Source: Marsupella aquatica
Lineage: Eukaryota > Plantae > Marchantiophyta
Length of the DNA stretch: 64,000 nt
Assembly: GCA_973895155.1 (NCBI GenBank)
Contig: OZ316894.1
Span: 18,886,805 to 18,950,804, forward strand
Direction of reading: 5' to 3'
Shown: piece after piece, positions 12,573 through 26,136 of the stretch
Layout of the letters: each line of letters starts with the position of its first letter
Numbering within the stretch: position 1 is the first letter of the stretch
Notes under the pieces: generated by a model
Seen by the model: the letters and a program-made list of their open reading frames with translations, nothing else
What the model was told of the DNA's origin: nothing
The model's database searches: none
Translations under genes and position numbers: made by a program

Positions 12573-13260
12573 CTAGCCCAATGCCAGGTGTTGCTCACAA
12601 GATGTTCAGATGAGAAAAGTATTGAGATGTTAAGGTGAGAAAATGATGTCCAGGTGAGTAAATGATGTTGAGAAGAGAAGAAATATCAAAGTGAGAAAAT
12701 GATGTTAAGGTGAATAAAAGATGAAGCAGATAAAAGAAATCAAAGTTAGTGATAAAAAATATCATATGAGAAAAAGATGTTGAGGTGGAGACAAGATGTC
12801 AAAGTGAAGAAAAGATATTGAAGAGAGAAAAAACTGTCGAGGTGAGAAAAACATATTGAGGAGAGGAGAAAAATATATTGAGGCGAGACAAAGAAAGTAT
12901 CAAGGTGCTGTTGTGAAAGCAACATTGTTGGGGAGGGCGAGTGCGTGGGAGGGAACGCAACATGGGGGGCGATGGCTAGGCCGCACATCACAGGGTCAAG
13001 TGTGGTCACTCTGTGCTATATGGAGGGGGATAAGTTCCCCTTTTCTCTCTCCCTTGTTTTTCCTCCTCTCACATGCCCTCCCTTTCTCTCCTTTCAGTCT
13101 CGGTCCCCCTTCCACCCCGCCCCCCTTCCAGCATGATTAAAAATGAGAAGAAAATACAGGGAGAAAAAATTGAATGATGTCAGACAAAGAAAAATGTAAA
13201 TTTCCCTCCTCCCTAACCAAAAAACAAAAACAAAAACAAAAACTCTTATACCAATATAAT
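12573..13260 (-). mobile_element. Non-autonomous Helitron-like repeat with a degenerate ~20-bp minisatellite (GATGTTGAGGTGAGAAAAA)
   Basis: The purine-rich minisatellite followed by a pyrimidine-rich tract has the same layout as 37190-38132. CTAG followed by T on the minus strand at 12573 resembles a Helitron 3' end. Confidence 0.45.
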
Positions 13261-13514
13261 GCACATGTCAGTATAAAGTATTTAGCTAGCACATGTATTT
13301 AGTAATAGTCAGTACTCTAGAAGCAAGTATAATTATCCATGGGTATTCACTTCCATTGGCTATCCCTTTCACTTGATCCAAGGGTATCAAAATAGTCAAT
13401 ATTTGGGATAAATTTGATGGTACTTGTTTGTTCCCTTCTTTTCCACTTTAATTGTAAATTGCACATAAACTTTAAGGCCTTGCCTGGGATGGATTTTTCC
13501 TAATGTTTGATTTG

Positions 13515-13516
<2 letters not shown>

Positions 13517-13545
<29 letters not shown>
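13517..13545. repeat. (AT)n microsatellite
   Basis: Perfect AT dinucleotide run. Confidence 0.95.
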
Positions 13546-13547
<2 letters not shown>

Positions 13548-14950
13548 CATTGCCTTGGCCTTGCACAATTGTCATACAACCATTTCATCTTTGCAACTAT
13601 TTTATTGTTACAATCAATTATCATTGTGGCCATTTCATTGTTGTGGCCATTTTTAGGTTGGGGCCATTGTGTACCTCGTTGTGTACTTGGTCAATATTAA
13701 TTACTGCAAGAAAGAATTTACTTACGATTCAGTGTTAATGTAACTTAGTTCGAAAATATACTTCATAATAGAGAGTATATATAGAAAAAAATAAAATTTT
13801 GTTCTCCTGTCAATAGACTTTAATTTTTTCACTTTCCTGTAAATAATTTTTTCAACTCAAGACTCTAACCTCCCTATCCGTGAGGCTTTCACGGTATTAA
13901 AATTTATAAAAAATCCATCCGAGGAACTCAAGACTCTAATTGTATTGAACTCTCTTTCTGTATTTGAACTTCAGGGTATGGGGCAGTCATGTGTCAGTTG
14001 GGTCCCCCGGTTGGGACTTAGATTGCCCAATTTATTCCAAGTGTTGGGTCTACTTAGATTTTCTTGTTAGGTGTTGGATCTACCCATGATAGCCACATGT
14101 AAACTCACACTCAATTTTCAATGAGCTAGAGATTAGAATTTTTTATGGATGTTAGTGCTTGAGTCTAGTTGTGGGTGAAAGCTCATGAGTGCCCCAAGCT
14201 AGGACATAGATGGTCATTATTCTTGCTTTCACCACGGACAGGAAATTTCAAGCTTTAAATCCAAATGTCATAATGAGTTCACTCCAAAAGTGTATTTTGT
14301 AAGAAGAAGATGAGTAAAAAAAGCAGGACCTTGCAAGTGATCCACGCCCACGCAATTGATGGACCTTACATCAACATACCCAAAACTGCATGGAGTCCAT
14401 GCATCGGTCAATCAAGTAACACTTTCACATTTGGAAGTCCAGTAAGCATTTCCCTCCATGCTGGGCATCTATATTACTGATTATGAATCCAGACACCTAA
14501 TACCTAGCACGACCCAACCTATGCCTCTCAACAGTACAGCAGCCGTTCAGCATAACATAGCATACACTAAACACAAAACTTGACCCCAACTATTTTGGAA
14601 ATGTGCCGCTTTCTGGAGAGTACTTTCAAACTTGAATTATCAAAAACAGTACTTTCAACCTGAATTATCAAAACCTAGCAACCATAAAAGTTGTATCTTA
14701 AGGTTGAATTCAGCAGCCTAGCATTAAACTGCGCCATGTAAAAGGGGGAAATGTCCAAGTCTTCTCTCTTTTTCACTTTATTCACAGTCATTCTTTGCCT
14801 CTCCTTCCATATTGCTCCACAAATTCAAAAAATGATACTATTTAATAATATGGTGAAACCAGGTTTTTTTGTCATCATGGCTAGTGGTGGTTTAAGAGGT
14901 CTCCTCATTTCCTTCAAACAGTAGCCAAGACTCTTATGCGAGCACACTAA

Positions 14951-15415
14951 GGGCCACTTTACAGGGCCACTTTAAGTACAAGACAGGCATGGCAATTTGA
15001 GTGCTTTTTTACCAGGGCTGTAACAGAGCCTGATTTTTAGTTTATGGTAGGACTCTAGACTAATCCAAGGCAAGAATAGTAGGAGAAAGCAGCCTGGGCC
15101 AAAGATATAGAAAAACAATATCCATATATTCTTTTATTTCATTGTAGTGGCTTGACAAGCCGACAATGGCGACAAATCAATGCCCATTTTTGCACCTCCG
15201 GAGGGCCGATAGTCTAGTGCCCGGATGAGAGTCCCAAGCTGGCTTGCCCGAGCTGATCCATACCAGAATGCAGGTTTGGTTGTTCCCGCAGCTCAACTTG
15301 CCGCGCCAGTCTTCTAAAGCAAGGAGCGCCCGTGCAGACTGAAACAACGGTCATGATTGACTCGATTTTGAAAAAAGAGGGACTAAATTGTCGTGCCCAT
15401 CTTGTAAAGTGGCCC
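14951..15415. mobile_element. PIF/Harbinger (Tourist-type) MITE
   Basis: TIRs GGGCCACTTTACA / TGTAAAGTGGCCC are flanked by a TAA TSD (14948-14950 and 15416-15418). The left TIR is locally duplicated and subterminal similarity extends to about 35 bp. Confidence 0.85.
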
Positions 15416-17685
15416 TAATGGTCATGGAAAATGGTTTCTATATTTTCTTCTCAACTCTGACTCTTGCAGCCAAGACAAGGGCAATTCGGCAATATCGTTG
15501 CTTGAAGTTAAGCTGTTGATATGAGAGACAGTATTGTTCAGATCGTGTGGTCAGTAGAACTGTAGTCTCGGTTCCTGAGTCTGTGGAGTAGATGATAACA
15601 GCACGCTGTACACGAGAGACTTACGCTGTACACGAGAGACTTTCGCAGTAGGAATGCTGTTAGTTCCTTTGTACAGTCTTGATAATAGCACGAGATGCAC
15701 GAGACTACGAATGCTGTTAGTATCATTCTGGCCAGAAGGATTCTTCCACATTAGACATGCCTTTCAGGTATACCAAAGAGGGGACAAGAACAACAAGTTG
15801 GTTGTTGTTGCCCTCTTAGCTGACACTTAAGGTTCAGAGCCCAAAGTTGCCAAGTATTTGCACCAGTACGTCACCACCGGGGGGAAGGAATGGAGAGACT
15901 ATCGATGGTGGGGTTACCGGAATGCGCCCAACAAGCTAGAATACTGGAAGCAGGAATGGAATATAGGAGCGACAGGCTAACATGCAAAAAACAGGCAGGG
16001 GGGAAGAGCTGCACAGAAGCAGAAGGACCAGTGCTGGCGAGGTCCATGCCTGGGGAAGCACCTTTTCAGCTGGCTCAATTCCTACCTAAAAAACAATGTT
16101 GTCGAGGTTGAGTGAATTCGCAGAATCCCAAAGCAGCCGCCTGCCGAGCGCAGCAGAATCGAGCAGACACCAGCAACGAGTCGCCAGCAGATACACCAAA
16201 GATCAGAGGCAGCAAGAGCACATCCAAGTGAGCGGCCACGTGAAAGTCAGGAACAAGCTGGCAACGTGACTGCACAAATAGACACAGACTGTACCTCCAA
16301 CGTATTTCGTCACTGGTCACTCCTTTCTGCAAGGTCTGGGCAGTTCAAACACAGCTGCAGAGGCCCATTCACAAGGCCCATTCACACATGGATAGTCATT
16401 GGCTCATACATTGTCAAATTGCAGGTTCATACATTGCCAAAGAAGCAGATATGTGCGCAAAAGGGCACCAATGTTTGAGTCCAACAGCTCGCCCGTGAAG
16501 CGATCAAGGCCGGACGCAAAAGAAATTACAGAACACTATGTTCGACTTCCAACGCATCCGACAGGGTCTCGTACGCCAGTCTCTTGGAAATCGGACAATA
16601 GGTTGCAATATGTACAAAATTGTACAAAATGAGAATTTCCTTACTTTCAGGGCATGCTACAGGGTGCGTGATAATATGTCAGTCTATTGGAAACGGCAAT
16701 ACACGTTGTACAAACAACTGAAACTGAGAAGTTCGTAACGTACAGAAGAGCAGTTGGAAGCAAATAGACAGGCTGACCGTTGATCAGTCTCAGATTAGCA
16801 ATGCACGTGCTAAACCCGGAACGAAAAGTAGTAGGTGTGAAGCTTCATGATTCCTGCTGAGTGTACTCCGCCTGGCCAACGCGTTGTATTGCACTGCTCT
16901 TCTTTTTCACTAGCTGCTGGTTGAGCAAGTGTTCAACCATTTTCACACCTAGGGTACTCTTCGACATCTTGTGACGCCTCAACAGCGATTCCGCGTTGAA
17001 TGTATGTACGGAGAAAGGATTGGTGCTACAATGGAGCAGGAGCACCCACCAATACATGGAACTCAAATCACACCGCCTTGAGAAGGGGAGGCACATTCCA
17101 GCTGTGGCTTGTGAGCCACAAGCGGGGTCACAACAAAACATCACAAATTCCCAAGCAAGTTCTGAATTCCAATCATCATTGGTCGACTTCCAAACATTGA
17201 GATTCCTGAAGGAGGGAAATGGGCTACGGAAGCAGATAGATCTTTGGAGGTTTTATTCACAGCGCCAATGGGCACATTTGTCGTGAGTCTATTAATTCAC
17301 TTAATTTCGGTTGTTGCGGTGCCGGGCAATTGCTGCATGCCCGCAACTTGACAAACCTACAAAATATTATTCGTACACATGCTCTACTTCGCCCATAAAG
17401 GAGCATTCACGAATTGGATTCTTCTAACATGCAAACGATGTAGCTGTTATCACCACGTGTTTTTCGAATGGTGATTAATCAACGGCCTGTCTAGCACATC
17501 CGCCTCTCTGCTGCTAGCCTCATCTTGTACGAAAAATTGCATCGAACAGATTGTCGATACCAGTCTTGAATTGCCCTCCAAGGGAACGTCGGTATGGTCG
17601 AATTGTCAGATCGAGAGGCATTACTATTACAACGATGGTGGTCATAAAATGAGACTCATATACTGAGAAACGATCTATACAAGGC

Positions 17686-20600
17686 TCAAAGCTTCAGTCT
17701 CAAGTCCTTTCGGAGAATCTTGCCAGAAGGCCCCTTAGGTATGAATTCCACGAAATATACATCGTGCAACCTCTTGTAAAAGACAACCTGCGTACGTAAG
17801 ACAAGGGATTTTCGTTTCATCAATTGCACGGGGCAGATGCCTGTCTGTGTCGTAAGATTATGAAAACCCTAAACCCAGAACAACACCATTGCAGCCTACA
17901 TTGTAAAAGTCAATTTTGCAAGCCGTGCGTCCAGAAATCCACCCTGAATTAGAAAGCCAGCGCGAGATCATAATTTATTTTTCTATGAGATGATTTAAAC
18001 TTGTGTGTTCGATTGCGCATTGATTAAAGGTTCTATCCGTATGCAAAGGAATCAATCTGAAGGCAGGAGAATTACCTGCTTCGAAATAATCTCCTTAATC
18101 TCATCCTCAGTAATCGTAGAGCCCTGGGTTCTGACTACAAATGCAACAGGGACTTCTCCTGCAGTAACGTCCGGCTTACTGCAAATGAACAAGACTAATT
18201 TGAGAAACATCAACAGAGCATAAAACAATTGAAAATCCTTCATCAATTCGTCACGGCAAACCATCAAATGAATCGTATCAACTTCAAACAACCACGGAAA
18301 CCCCAACGGAACAGTTAAAGTTTGCTTACGAAACAACAGCTGCATCCGCAATAGATTGGTGTGACACCAGGAGAGCTTCCAGCTCAGCAGGTGGCACCTG
18401 CACGAAGGCAATTCGCGTTCGGTTCAGAATTCGCCTTCGCGTTAGAGACAAGGAGACCCAATTCAAATCCATGGGACCCGTTTGCAAATTCAAACCAAAG
18501 AGCCACCCGGCCCACGAAAACTATCGTCCAAGAAATTTATACCCGAACAACTACATTTCTAGACATACCGCTAAGACCAAGGATACCATTAAAAACAATC
18601 ACAGTTGAATGAAAACCAGTAGCACACAACTCGGGTGCAGCGCCGATCAACGGTATCTCCGGCGGAAGTACAGTTTAGACTCGACTACCTGAAAGCCCTT
18701 GAACTTGATGATCTCCTTTACACGATCGACAATGAAAATCTCCTCATCGTCGTCAATTAATCCTATGTCACCAGTGTGCAACCAACCCTCCTTGTCGATC
18801 GCAATTGACGTTGCCTCAGGGTTGTCCAAATAGCCTGCCAGGTCAAACGTAAATTCTTTCGGACACGGGCACAGAAGATAGTGCCAAAGCCATGTAGTAA
18901 TTTGTCATAGTCTCTAAGCTGCGTCAAGTCTGACCTGGTCCCATGACCAGCGACCGGAGGGAACTTACGGTCCTAGAACATTCTGCAAGTCCATCTGCAG
19001 TAGCCACACTATTCCACTGGGGGATCGTAGCGTACCTAGCATGACTTGGGGTCCACGTATACACAGTTCTCCAGGCTCGTTGTAGGTCCTAGAAACCCCA
19101 GTTTCGGGATCCACAACCTTCACCTCGGAATTGCGAACTACTGTCCCACAAGATCCTGACTTCACTTGAAAGGGACTTTTTGCAAAATTGAGGCACATAC
19201 TCAACACTGGACCAGCTTCCGTCATTCCATAGCCCTGTTTACAAATAGAAGAGCGTGGTGAGAGATGTCCATCATGTAACACTATCCTACCAGTCCAGGG
19301 AAGCAACTATAGCACCTAACACCAGATCCTCCAGAAACTAGCTACCACAGTGGATACGGAGTCACAGAATCCAGTTGAGATTTCCAGAGCAGACTCGGTT
19401 TCAACAGGAGGATTCCGATCAGACCGTCCAGACCACAGACGCATTGGAGACACAAGACAGACAGTCGGGGCAAGAAAAACTAGAAATAAAAGACAGCGGC
19501 TACCATTATTACCCTAACTTGTTCCAGAGTGCCTACGTCTACACTCCCGGCAGGCAACTTTAAATAGGAGGATTCCACCTGATTCGGTGGAAAGGCATGG
19601 AAGAATGACAGCGAAAATTCTCTGCAGAAAATAGTGCCTGGAAGAAATTGAAGCTCACGAGTAAAGAGTCTGGTTCACTATACCTGACCAAGCACTGCGT
19701 TGGGGAGTTTCTCTTGGAACTTGTCCTCAAGCTCTTTACCGAGAGGAGCGGCTCCAGACAAGACGTACCTTACACTGCTGAGGTCATAATTTTCCACAAT
19801 GGGAGACTTGGCAATGCCCAGCACCACGGGAGGAACCACGGGCAGGAGAGAGACCCTGTACTTTTGAATCATCTCGAAGAGTTGAGGGATAGTATACCTC
19901 GGCATTACAATTAAAGTGGAGGACGCGCGCAGGGAGCAGAGAAGAACGGAGTTCAGGGAGTAAATGTGGAACATGGGCAACAGGCAGATGGAGACGTCGT
20001 CAGGGGTGAGGTTCATGTTCGGATTCTCTCCATCCATCTGCTGCGCAATACTGGAAACTAGGCTCTTGTGAGTAAGCATTACACCCTTGGGAAGCCCAGT
20101 GGTTCCAGAGGAATACGGTAGGCAGACGACTTCATCGGAATTTATCTCTACACTGGGGGTCTCGTTTTCGTCGTTGTCCAACAAAACGCTGATTGGTAGA
20201 GCGCCTTCTGGAGGAGAGTCCACTGTGATGACTGTTACTCCCAAACTTCGGACCTTGTCAACAAACGCAGCTTGGGTGACAATGAGCTTGGCCTTGCACG
20301 CGTTCAGTTGCTTGGCGATCTCTCTTTCCGTGTAAAACGGATTGCAGGTGGTGACGACGGAGCCGCGAGTCGCGGAGCCTAAAAAGCAAAATACGAATTC
20401 GGCACAGTTTGGAAGCAGGAGCGCAATCACATCACCTTTGGCAATTCCTTGTTTGTGCAGCCCTGCTGCCACCTTCTTCGTTAGAATTGCGGTCTCCTTG
20501 TATGTCCACTGCTTTCCTGTCGGCCCGTCTATAATAGCAACACGGTTGAGGTTCTCAGGCACCTTTTCGAGAGTGTACTCCGCCAAACTCATGTGATTTG

Positions 20601-20733
20601 ACAGCTCAATATTGGGCAGCTTCGATCGGAAAATGTATTCCCTCGTCTCCGACTCTTTCACCGAGAGCTTCCTCAATGATGCATCTACACCCGGTGTGTG
20701 CTGCACAGCCACAGACTTTATAGTTGGTGCCAT
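17686..20733 (-). CDS. 4CL: 4-coumarate:CoA ligase, 6 exons, 555 aa
   Basis: Exons 20733-19684, 19234-19036, 18834-18689, 18397-18330, 18178-18076 and 17787-17686, all GT-AG and in phase (1668 nt). Motifs: Box [25 protein letters not shown], Box [28 protein letters not shown]. Confidence 0.95.
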
Positions 20734-21043
20734 TTTCCCCCTCTCCCCCTCAACGACCTTCCCCCCACTCTCTCGTCCTAGTCCTGCTCGAACCGAGGAG
20801 AGCTCGATCAGCAAACGAGCTACGCTACAAGCCCAGATGTATCCGTGGCTCAGCTCTTCTCTCGTTTCTGTCCCTTCGTCGGACTAGACCACACTCAGCG
20901 TCTCCCACAAAAACACGGAAGAATCAACAACAGAGATTTTGCAGTTTGCAACTCAGCAGCAGCGTAATCTTTCCTCTCCTACAACAGCAACACTGCTGCG
21001 GTCGGCAACAGCAGCAAATTCATGGAGAGCTCCTTCCCTCCCT

Positions 21044-21111
21044 CCCGAATTACAACAGTCCTCTCGAATTTGTAGTTCCCCGAATTACAAGTCCCCATGA
21101 ATTTGTAGTTC
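21044..21111. promoter_or_regulatory. Duplicated quasi-palindromic element upstream of 4CL
   Basis: CCCGAATTACAA...GAATTTGTAGTTC occurs twice, about 310-380 bp upstream of the 4CL ATG. The regulatory role is only an inference. Confidence 0.35.
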
Positions 21112-23717
21112 GCAAGTCACAAGCTACGTGTGTGTGAGTTCGTCAGCCGCGACGTTTGTGGTCTCTGGGACGCGAATTCTGCTCCTCCCTTCCGGGGAAA
21201 AGCTCACACTCGCGAGCGGCGAGCGAATCAATGATGATGGCAATGCAGACGGAATGTGCTCTCCCGCAATTCGGCACATTGGTTAATTGAGTGATTGACT
21301 TGACTCGACTCAGAGCGAGAGCGAGAGAAAATTAATTTAGAGAACGAGACGAAGACGAAGACGAAGCTCGAGAAAACAGAGGACGACAGAACACAGAGGA
21401 CCGGTGGTGGTGGTGCCCTCGGGCCATGGATCCCACTTCGTCACCACTACAATACAGGATAGGAGTACGGTACTCCCAAACCTATAGGACTTATTACTCA
21501 GTCCAAAAAACACACGAACGAGTCTTCACTACGAGACAGAAAGCGAGTTTTGTGGCCCCGTAAATCTGCCCCCATTCTGCCCGTCCGGGGGACAATAGTC
21601 GGGCAAAGTGAACTTGCGTGCCGGTAAAATGGCATTCGTACCGGGGAAAAGGTGTACCTACTAAGGTGGCGCAAACAAGGCCGCCGGTTTTGTGCACTAC
21701 AAAGTGGCGGGGTTCTGTTTTGCGAGTACTTACTTACCGGGGCCAATAAGGAAACCCCCCTCACCCCCTGTCCTTCTTTACGGCGGGTACAATGGTGTAC
21801 CTAACGGTAAATGTTGTCCCTGCTTGCGACAAACTAGGTACCAGAAACAGGACTATGTTGGTTTTGTACACTGCAAAGTGAAGTTTGGTGTCCATAGTGT
21901 AGAGTTTGAACCTGAATGTTTTGTTTGGGTGGCAAGCATACCCGGCATGACCTGGGAGTGGGTGGGTTAACCAGAGGTGTTATGGGACACACTACTTCTA
22001 CCCTGGCAGGGCATGCGCACTCACCTGGCAAATAGAATCTGTGTGAAGTGCCATGCGAGGTTTGCTGGTGTTTTTCCATGATTGAGCATGTAAAGTAATT
22101 TCATATTAGATTCAAAGCAAGTGAAAAACTGACTCTTGTCTATTCAATTGATGTTTATGTTTGCCACATATGCTATGGAGTTTAATTGTGTTTTGGAAGA
22201 CACTAGCTCAAGTTATGAGGGACTATTATTGTCAATAATGCCTTTAAATGTAACATGGAGTCAATGCACCCAATGACCTAAGAGATTTCTCAAACTTTTA
22301 CTAATTTCAGTGACAGTAGAGGAGAAGCTTTATAATGCCCCAATCCAAATCTGGACTTTGCAGTCTTTGCAATAGACAACCAAAACTACAAAGAAAAAAA
22401 TCACAAAGGGCATTGAGTAATATTAAACCACAACTGCCCCTATAAAGGGCTATAGGTAACCCGTAGCTCTCACGAGAGCTCTCATTGTAAAGAGCACAGG
22501 TTCAGGATGGGCTTTGAGATACACAAAAGGTGCTGACTGTAAAATCTTTTTTTGGCAAGTGTTTCACACAAGGTGCTAGTGTTCCACCTTTCATGGTGAG
22601 TAATGGAATGAGACTTTTATAGTGACAGGTGTGATTTAAGAAATGCATGACACTAGTTGCAAGTAACACTTCTTTGCTTAGACACACTTAATACTTCTAA
22701 AAATATACTTGATTTCTCATACTTTGGACGCAACAGATGTTCCACCCGATATTCCACTAGAGCCTACTATTGAAGATGAATCATATGCTTTAATGGAATA
22801 TACTTTACTCGACTTAATTGCCAAAGCTTAAAATTAATAAGCAATTGCGTAGATGGTCTGGCATGCAGCTGTGGGGTTCACTTTAGTATATTTTGGGTAA
22901 CCAGGTGCTACTTTGAAATACCCTAATTTTATAATATCAATATTCCTACTGTCAATATTAATTACATGTTCTAATTTATACAAAGTGCAAAATAAGGAAA
23001 ACCTTCTATTTCTTGGTTGACAAGTCAGACCCCAGTTTGGTTCTTAGAATGAAGTTGTCAAAATAGTCTAAGATATCAATTTTCGATACCACTGGCATCT
23101 ACGATTGATTTCAGTTGACCCCGCAAGTAAGACAATACCTGCGAATAAAGTACCTCATTGTTATCCAATCTAGATATGCTTGTACTGTAGATCTATGAAG
23201 TAGCTTCACTGGAGTAGCTCTGCTGGTATGGATATTATGGCACCTAGTGTCGATACGAGAATCATCCTCAATATACGCAAATCGAAGTCATGCATTCCCT
23301 TCCACATTATGCTTCCAGGCTCTTTAGTTTGCCTATAGGTAGGGTGTTGGGTTTTGGTTCTAGTCTCCCTGGCGGATCTTGTGCTGGCCTTTTGCCCGGG
23401 TCCTTCTCGATTTTTGGCCTTCTGGTTGTCCCCTCTTGATTGGGTCTTTTGCCAGAGTAAGCATGTTTCCCAGTTGGCAGCCATTTGGTTTTTTGGCAAT
23501 TTGAAATATACTTGCTGGGACGTACCATAAGGTTCTTCTAACTTTAAGCAACCTTCCCCAAATGGTATTAAAAAAAACTTTAGAACTGTCTTATCCAGAT
23601 ATATCAGCAAATAAATTTTTTAAGCTATCGAAAGTTTGCTCAAACAGGTTCTATTCTTAAAAAGAAGAATTAGTCATTCCTTTTAGAGTTGGGATGAACC
23701 ACTCGGATTTTTACTAA

Positions 23718-24464
23718 CCTGTCCCCCAAACTGAGCTAAATTACTAACCTACCCGCAAAATTATTTTAGTTGCTAAGTTGCCCCCCCCCCCCCCATATTG
23801 TATACATTAGTAGTTTTAGTTAACCCAGGGTGATTTTTCAATGGTGGACTGACATGTGGCGAGGCACCATTGGCTCCACTTTACCCTGCCCAAGTTTACC
23901 CTCACTGGGCTAGCTCTTTCCCATTTTTTGAATGAGCCCTGCACCAAACAGGGCTGGCCCATCCCCTTCTCAAGTTCTGAATCCCAATGACCCAGCTCAA
24001 ATCAGGCCGTAGACTCAAATGTGAGTTTGTTTACACATGGAAAATATGTAGACTATCGGGGCCTCTTTCCTTCAGAAAAGTGGGAGTAGGGTGGATCATC
24101 GGAACCTAAGGATCGTCAGGCCCCTATGCAGTGTGGGACCCCATTTTTCAAGGGAAATTGCAGCACCCAGCCAGCAAGGTCGTCAGGGTTGGGATCCCGG
24201 TTGGGATTGAAACTTGCGAGGGGGAGGGGCCAGCCCTGGTTGGTGCAAGGCATGTGCAAAAAATGGGAAAGAGCTAGCCGGGTGAGGGTAAGCTCGGGTA
24301 AGGCGGAGCCAATAGCGCCTCACCACGTGTTAGTCCACCAATGAGAAATTACTCTGGGTTAACTAAAACAGTTAATGTAACCCATATATACAATATGGGG
24401 GGCAACCTAGCAATTAAAATTATTTTGGAGGTGGGTTAAAAATTTAGCTCAGTTTGGGGACAGG
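23718..24464. mobile_element. Foldback / Mutator-like MITE with ~280-bp diverged TIRs
   Basis: CCTGTCCCCCAAACTGAGCTAAAT at the left mirrors ATTTAGCTCAGTTTGGGGACAGG at the right. Inner mirrored blocks include GCTAGCTCTTTCCCATTTTTTG / CAAAAAATGGGAAAGAGCTAGC and CAGGGCTGGCCCC / GGGGCCAGCCCTG. No clear TSD. Confidence 0.85.
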
Positions 24465-26046
24465 ATCATAGTAAAGCAAAAATAAAGTAGTTTTGGGTGA
24501 CTTGACTGTGCCCTCTCCTCACTGCTCATTGCCTTACAAAATGTTGACCCACCTTTTCTCTATATGTCATTTTTCTAGTACATAAGTAGAGAGCTTCTAA
24601 AAGATTATAAATCTCTTTCAAAAAAATGGTGGACCTTTCATGTTTTTCCTATTGCCTCGATCTAGTTAGTGACATGTAAGTCACTCAAAGCCATAAACTT
24701 AGGAAACAACACGCTGAGTAGTATTTTAAATGGGAGGAGTTGGCATTATCTTGGAGTGTTTGTTTCTCCCACTCCTTGAGGTTTAGGTATCCTTAATGTA
24801 TAAAATGTTAATTTAATATAACTTAAACATAAGGATAAAAATAACATATTCTAACATGGCAAGATTGAAAAACAAATATAAATTTAAAGAGGGGGTCTGA
24901 AAAAGGGAAGCTCACACTATGAGGGGAAAAACGACATCAAAGTCTTAGTTGTACAAAAGATGCACCTTGTCTAAGGCAAATTAAATAAAAATGCATATAA
25001 AAAATCTCAATAATACAAAGTAACCAGCGCAAAGAGGCATGGCTGTATGATAGTTCACTTGAGTAGTGACTGATTGGTCTGGGTTTAAACATTATGATTA
25101 ATTGTTCCCTGTTTGCGAGGTTTCACAGATTTCCTCTTAAAATTTAACAAACAAAATTAGACAAAGTAACTAAGGTAGGCTCCTGAACACGGTAACAGCA
25201 TAACAACATCATCGTAACCATCATAATCATCACCATAGCCAAGGTATATATCACAGTGAAAAAGGACAAAAATGCCTAACTGGAAGACCGGATCCCAATG
25301 GCAAAGCAACCCAATAAAGGGAGGGAAAAGGAGTAGGAAAAGGCCCCCATAAGACAAAAGAGATCCAACAAGCCAAGGAGTTGTCGTCATACTCAGCCTC
25401 TTGTAGTTGTCAAATCCATCTCGTTGTAGAGTCATGTGCATCCAAATCACTAATTGACAAAGTCCACCCAAGCCAATTAGAGTAAGATTTTAGAAAAAAA
25501 AACAAACAACAAGGGTTGTATTGAATGGACTTTTGGGAGCACTGTGTGTGATACGGATCTGAATTAAATATTCCTATCTTACTTGGGAAACATTACAGGG
25601 ATATTCCTAAAATCAATGTTTAAATCTATTGGGGGTTCTGTCTCCCTCTCCCCCTTACCTCGATTTTTGTTTTTACAGTGTTTTTATAATATTTGAAATT
25701 ACGCATGGTATATACTCTATAACAGCCCAATGTTTTAATAGTATTTGAAATTACTGATGGTATATACTCTCTAACAACCCGTTGTCATTCCTAAAGTTTA
25801 TAATTGTTTTTGGAAAGAACATTAAAATGTTTGTATTAAATGTGGTCCCTACTGTTTTTTTGGAGTAAACCTTTTGAGTGAGCACGTCATACAAGGTTAG
25901 GTCAATACAAGTTTCATACGAGTCAAACTGTCACATGGACGGGTATGCGTACACGGCTGTGTTAAACCGCCACTGTCCGTATAAATACCGCTAGTGCCAA
26001 GAGCTGGTCAGCTCATTCTTCCAGACCTGCCCAGGCTCTGCGTCCC

Positions 26047-26136
26047 TGCCAGAACCCGTTAGTCCCAGCCAGACTCCGCAATAGTAGCTAGTGCCAGAAC
26101 CCGTTAGTCCCAGCCAGGCTCCGCAATAGTAGCTAG
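26047..26136. repeat. 45-bp tandem duplication, subterminal in the Kolobok element
   Basis: TGCCAGAACCCGTTAGTCCCAGCCAG(A/G)CTCCGCAATAGTAGCTAG x2 with one mismatch. Confidence 0.95.

Noticed and set aside
15850-17300. Short ORFs downstream of 4CL
   Set aside because: No recognisable domain; likely UTR or intergenic sequence.
17686-17700. Peroxisomal PTS1 at the 4CL C-terminus (LKL)
   Set aside because: It is not a canonical PTS1 and matches the ordinary RKDLRxKL ending of class I/II 4CLs.
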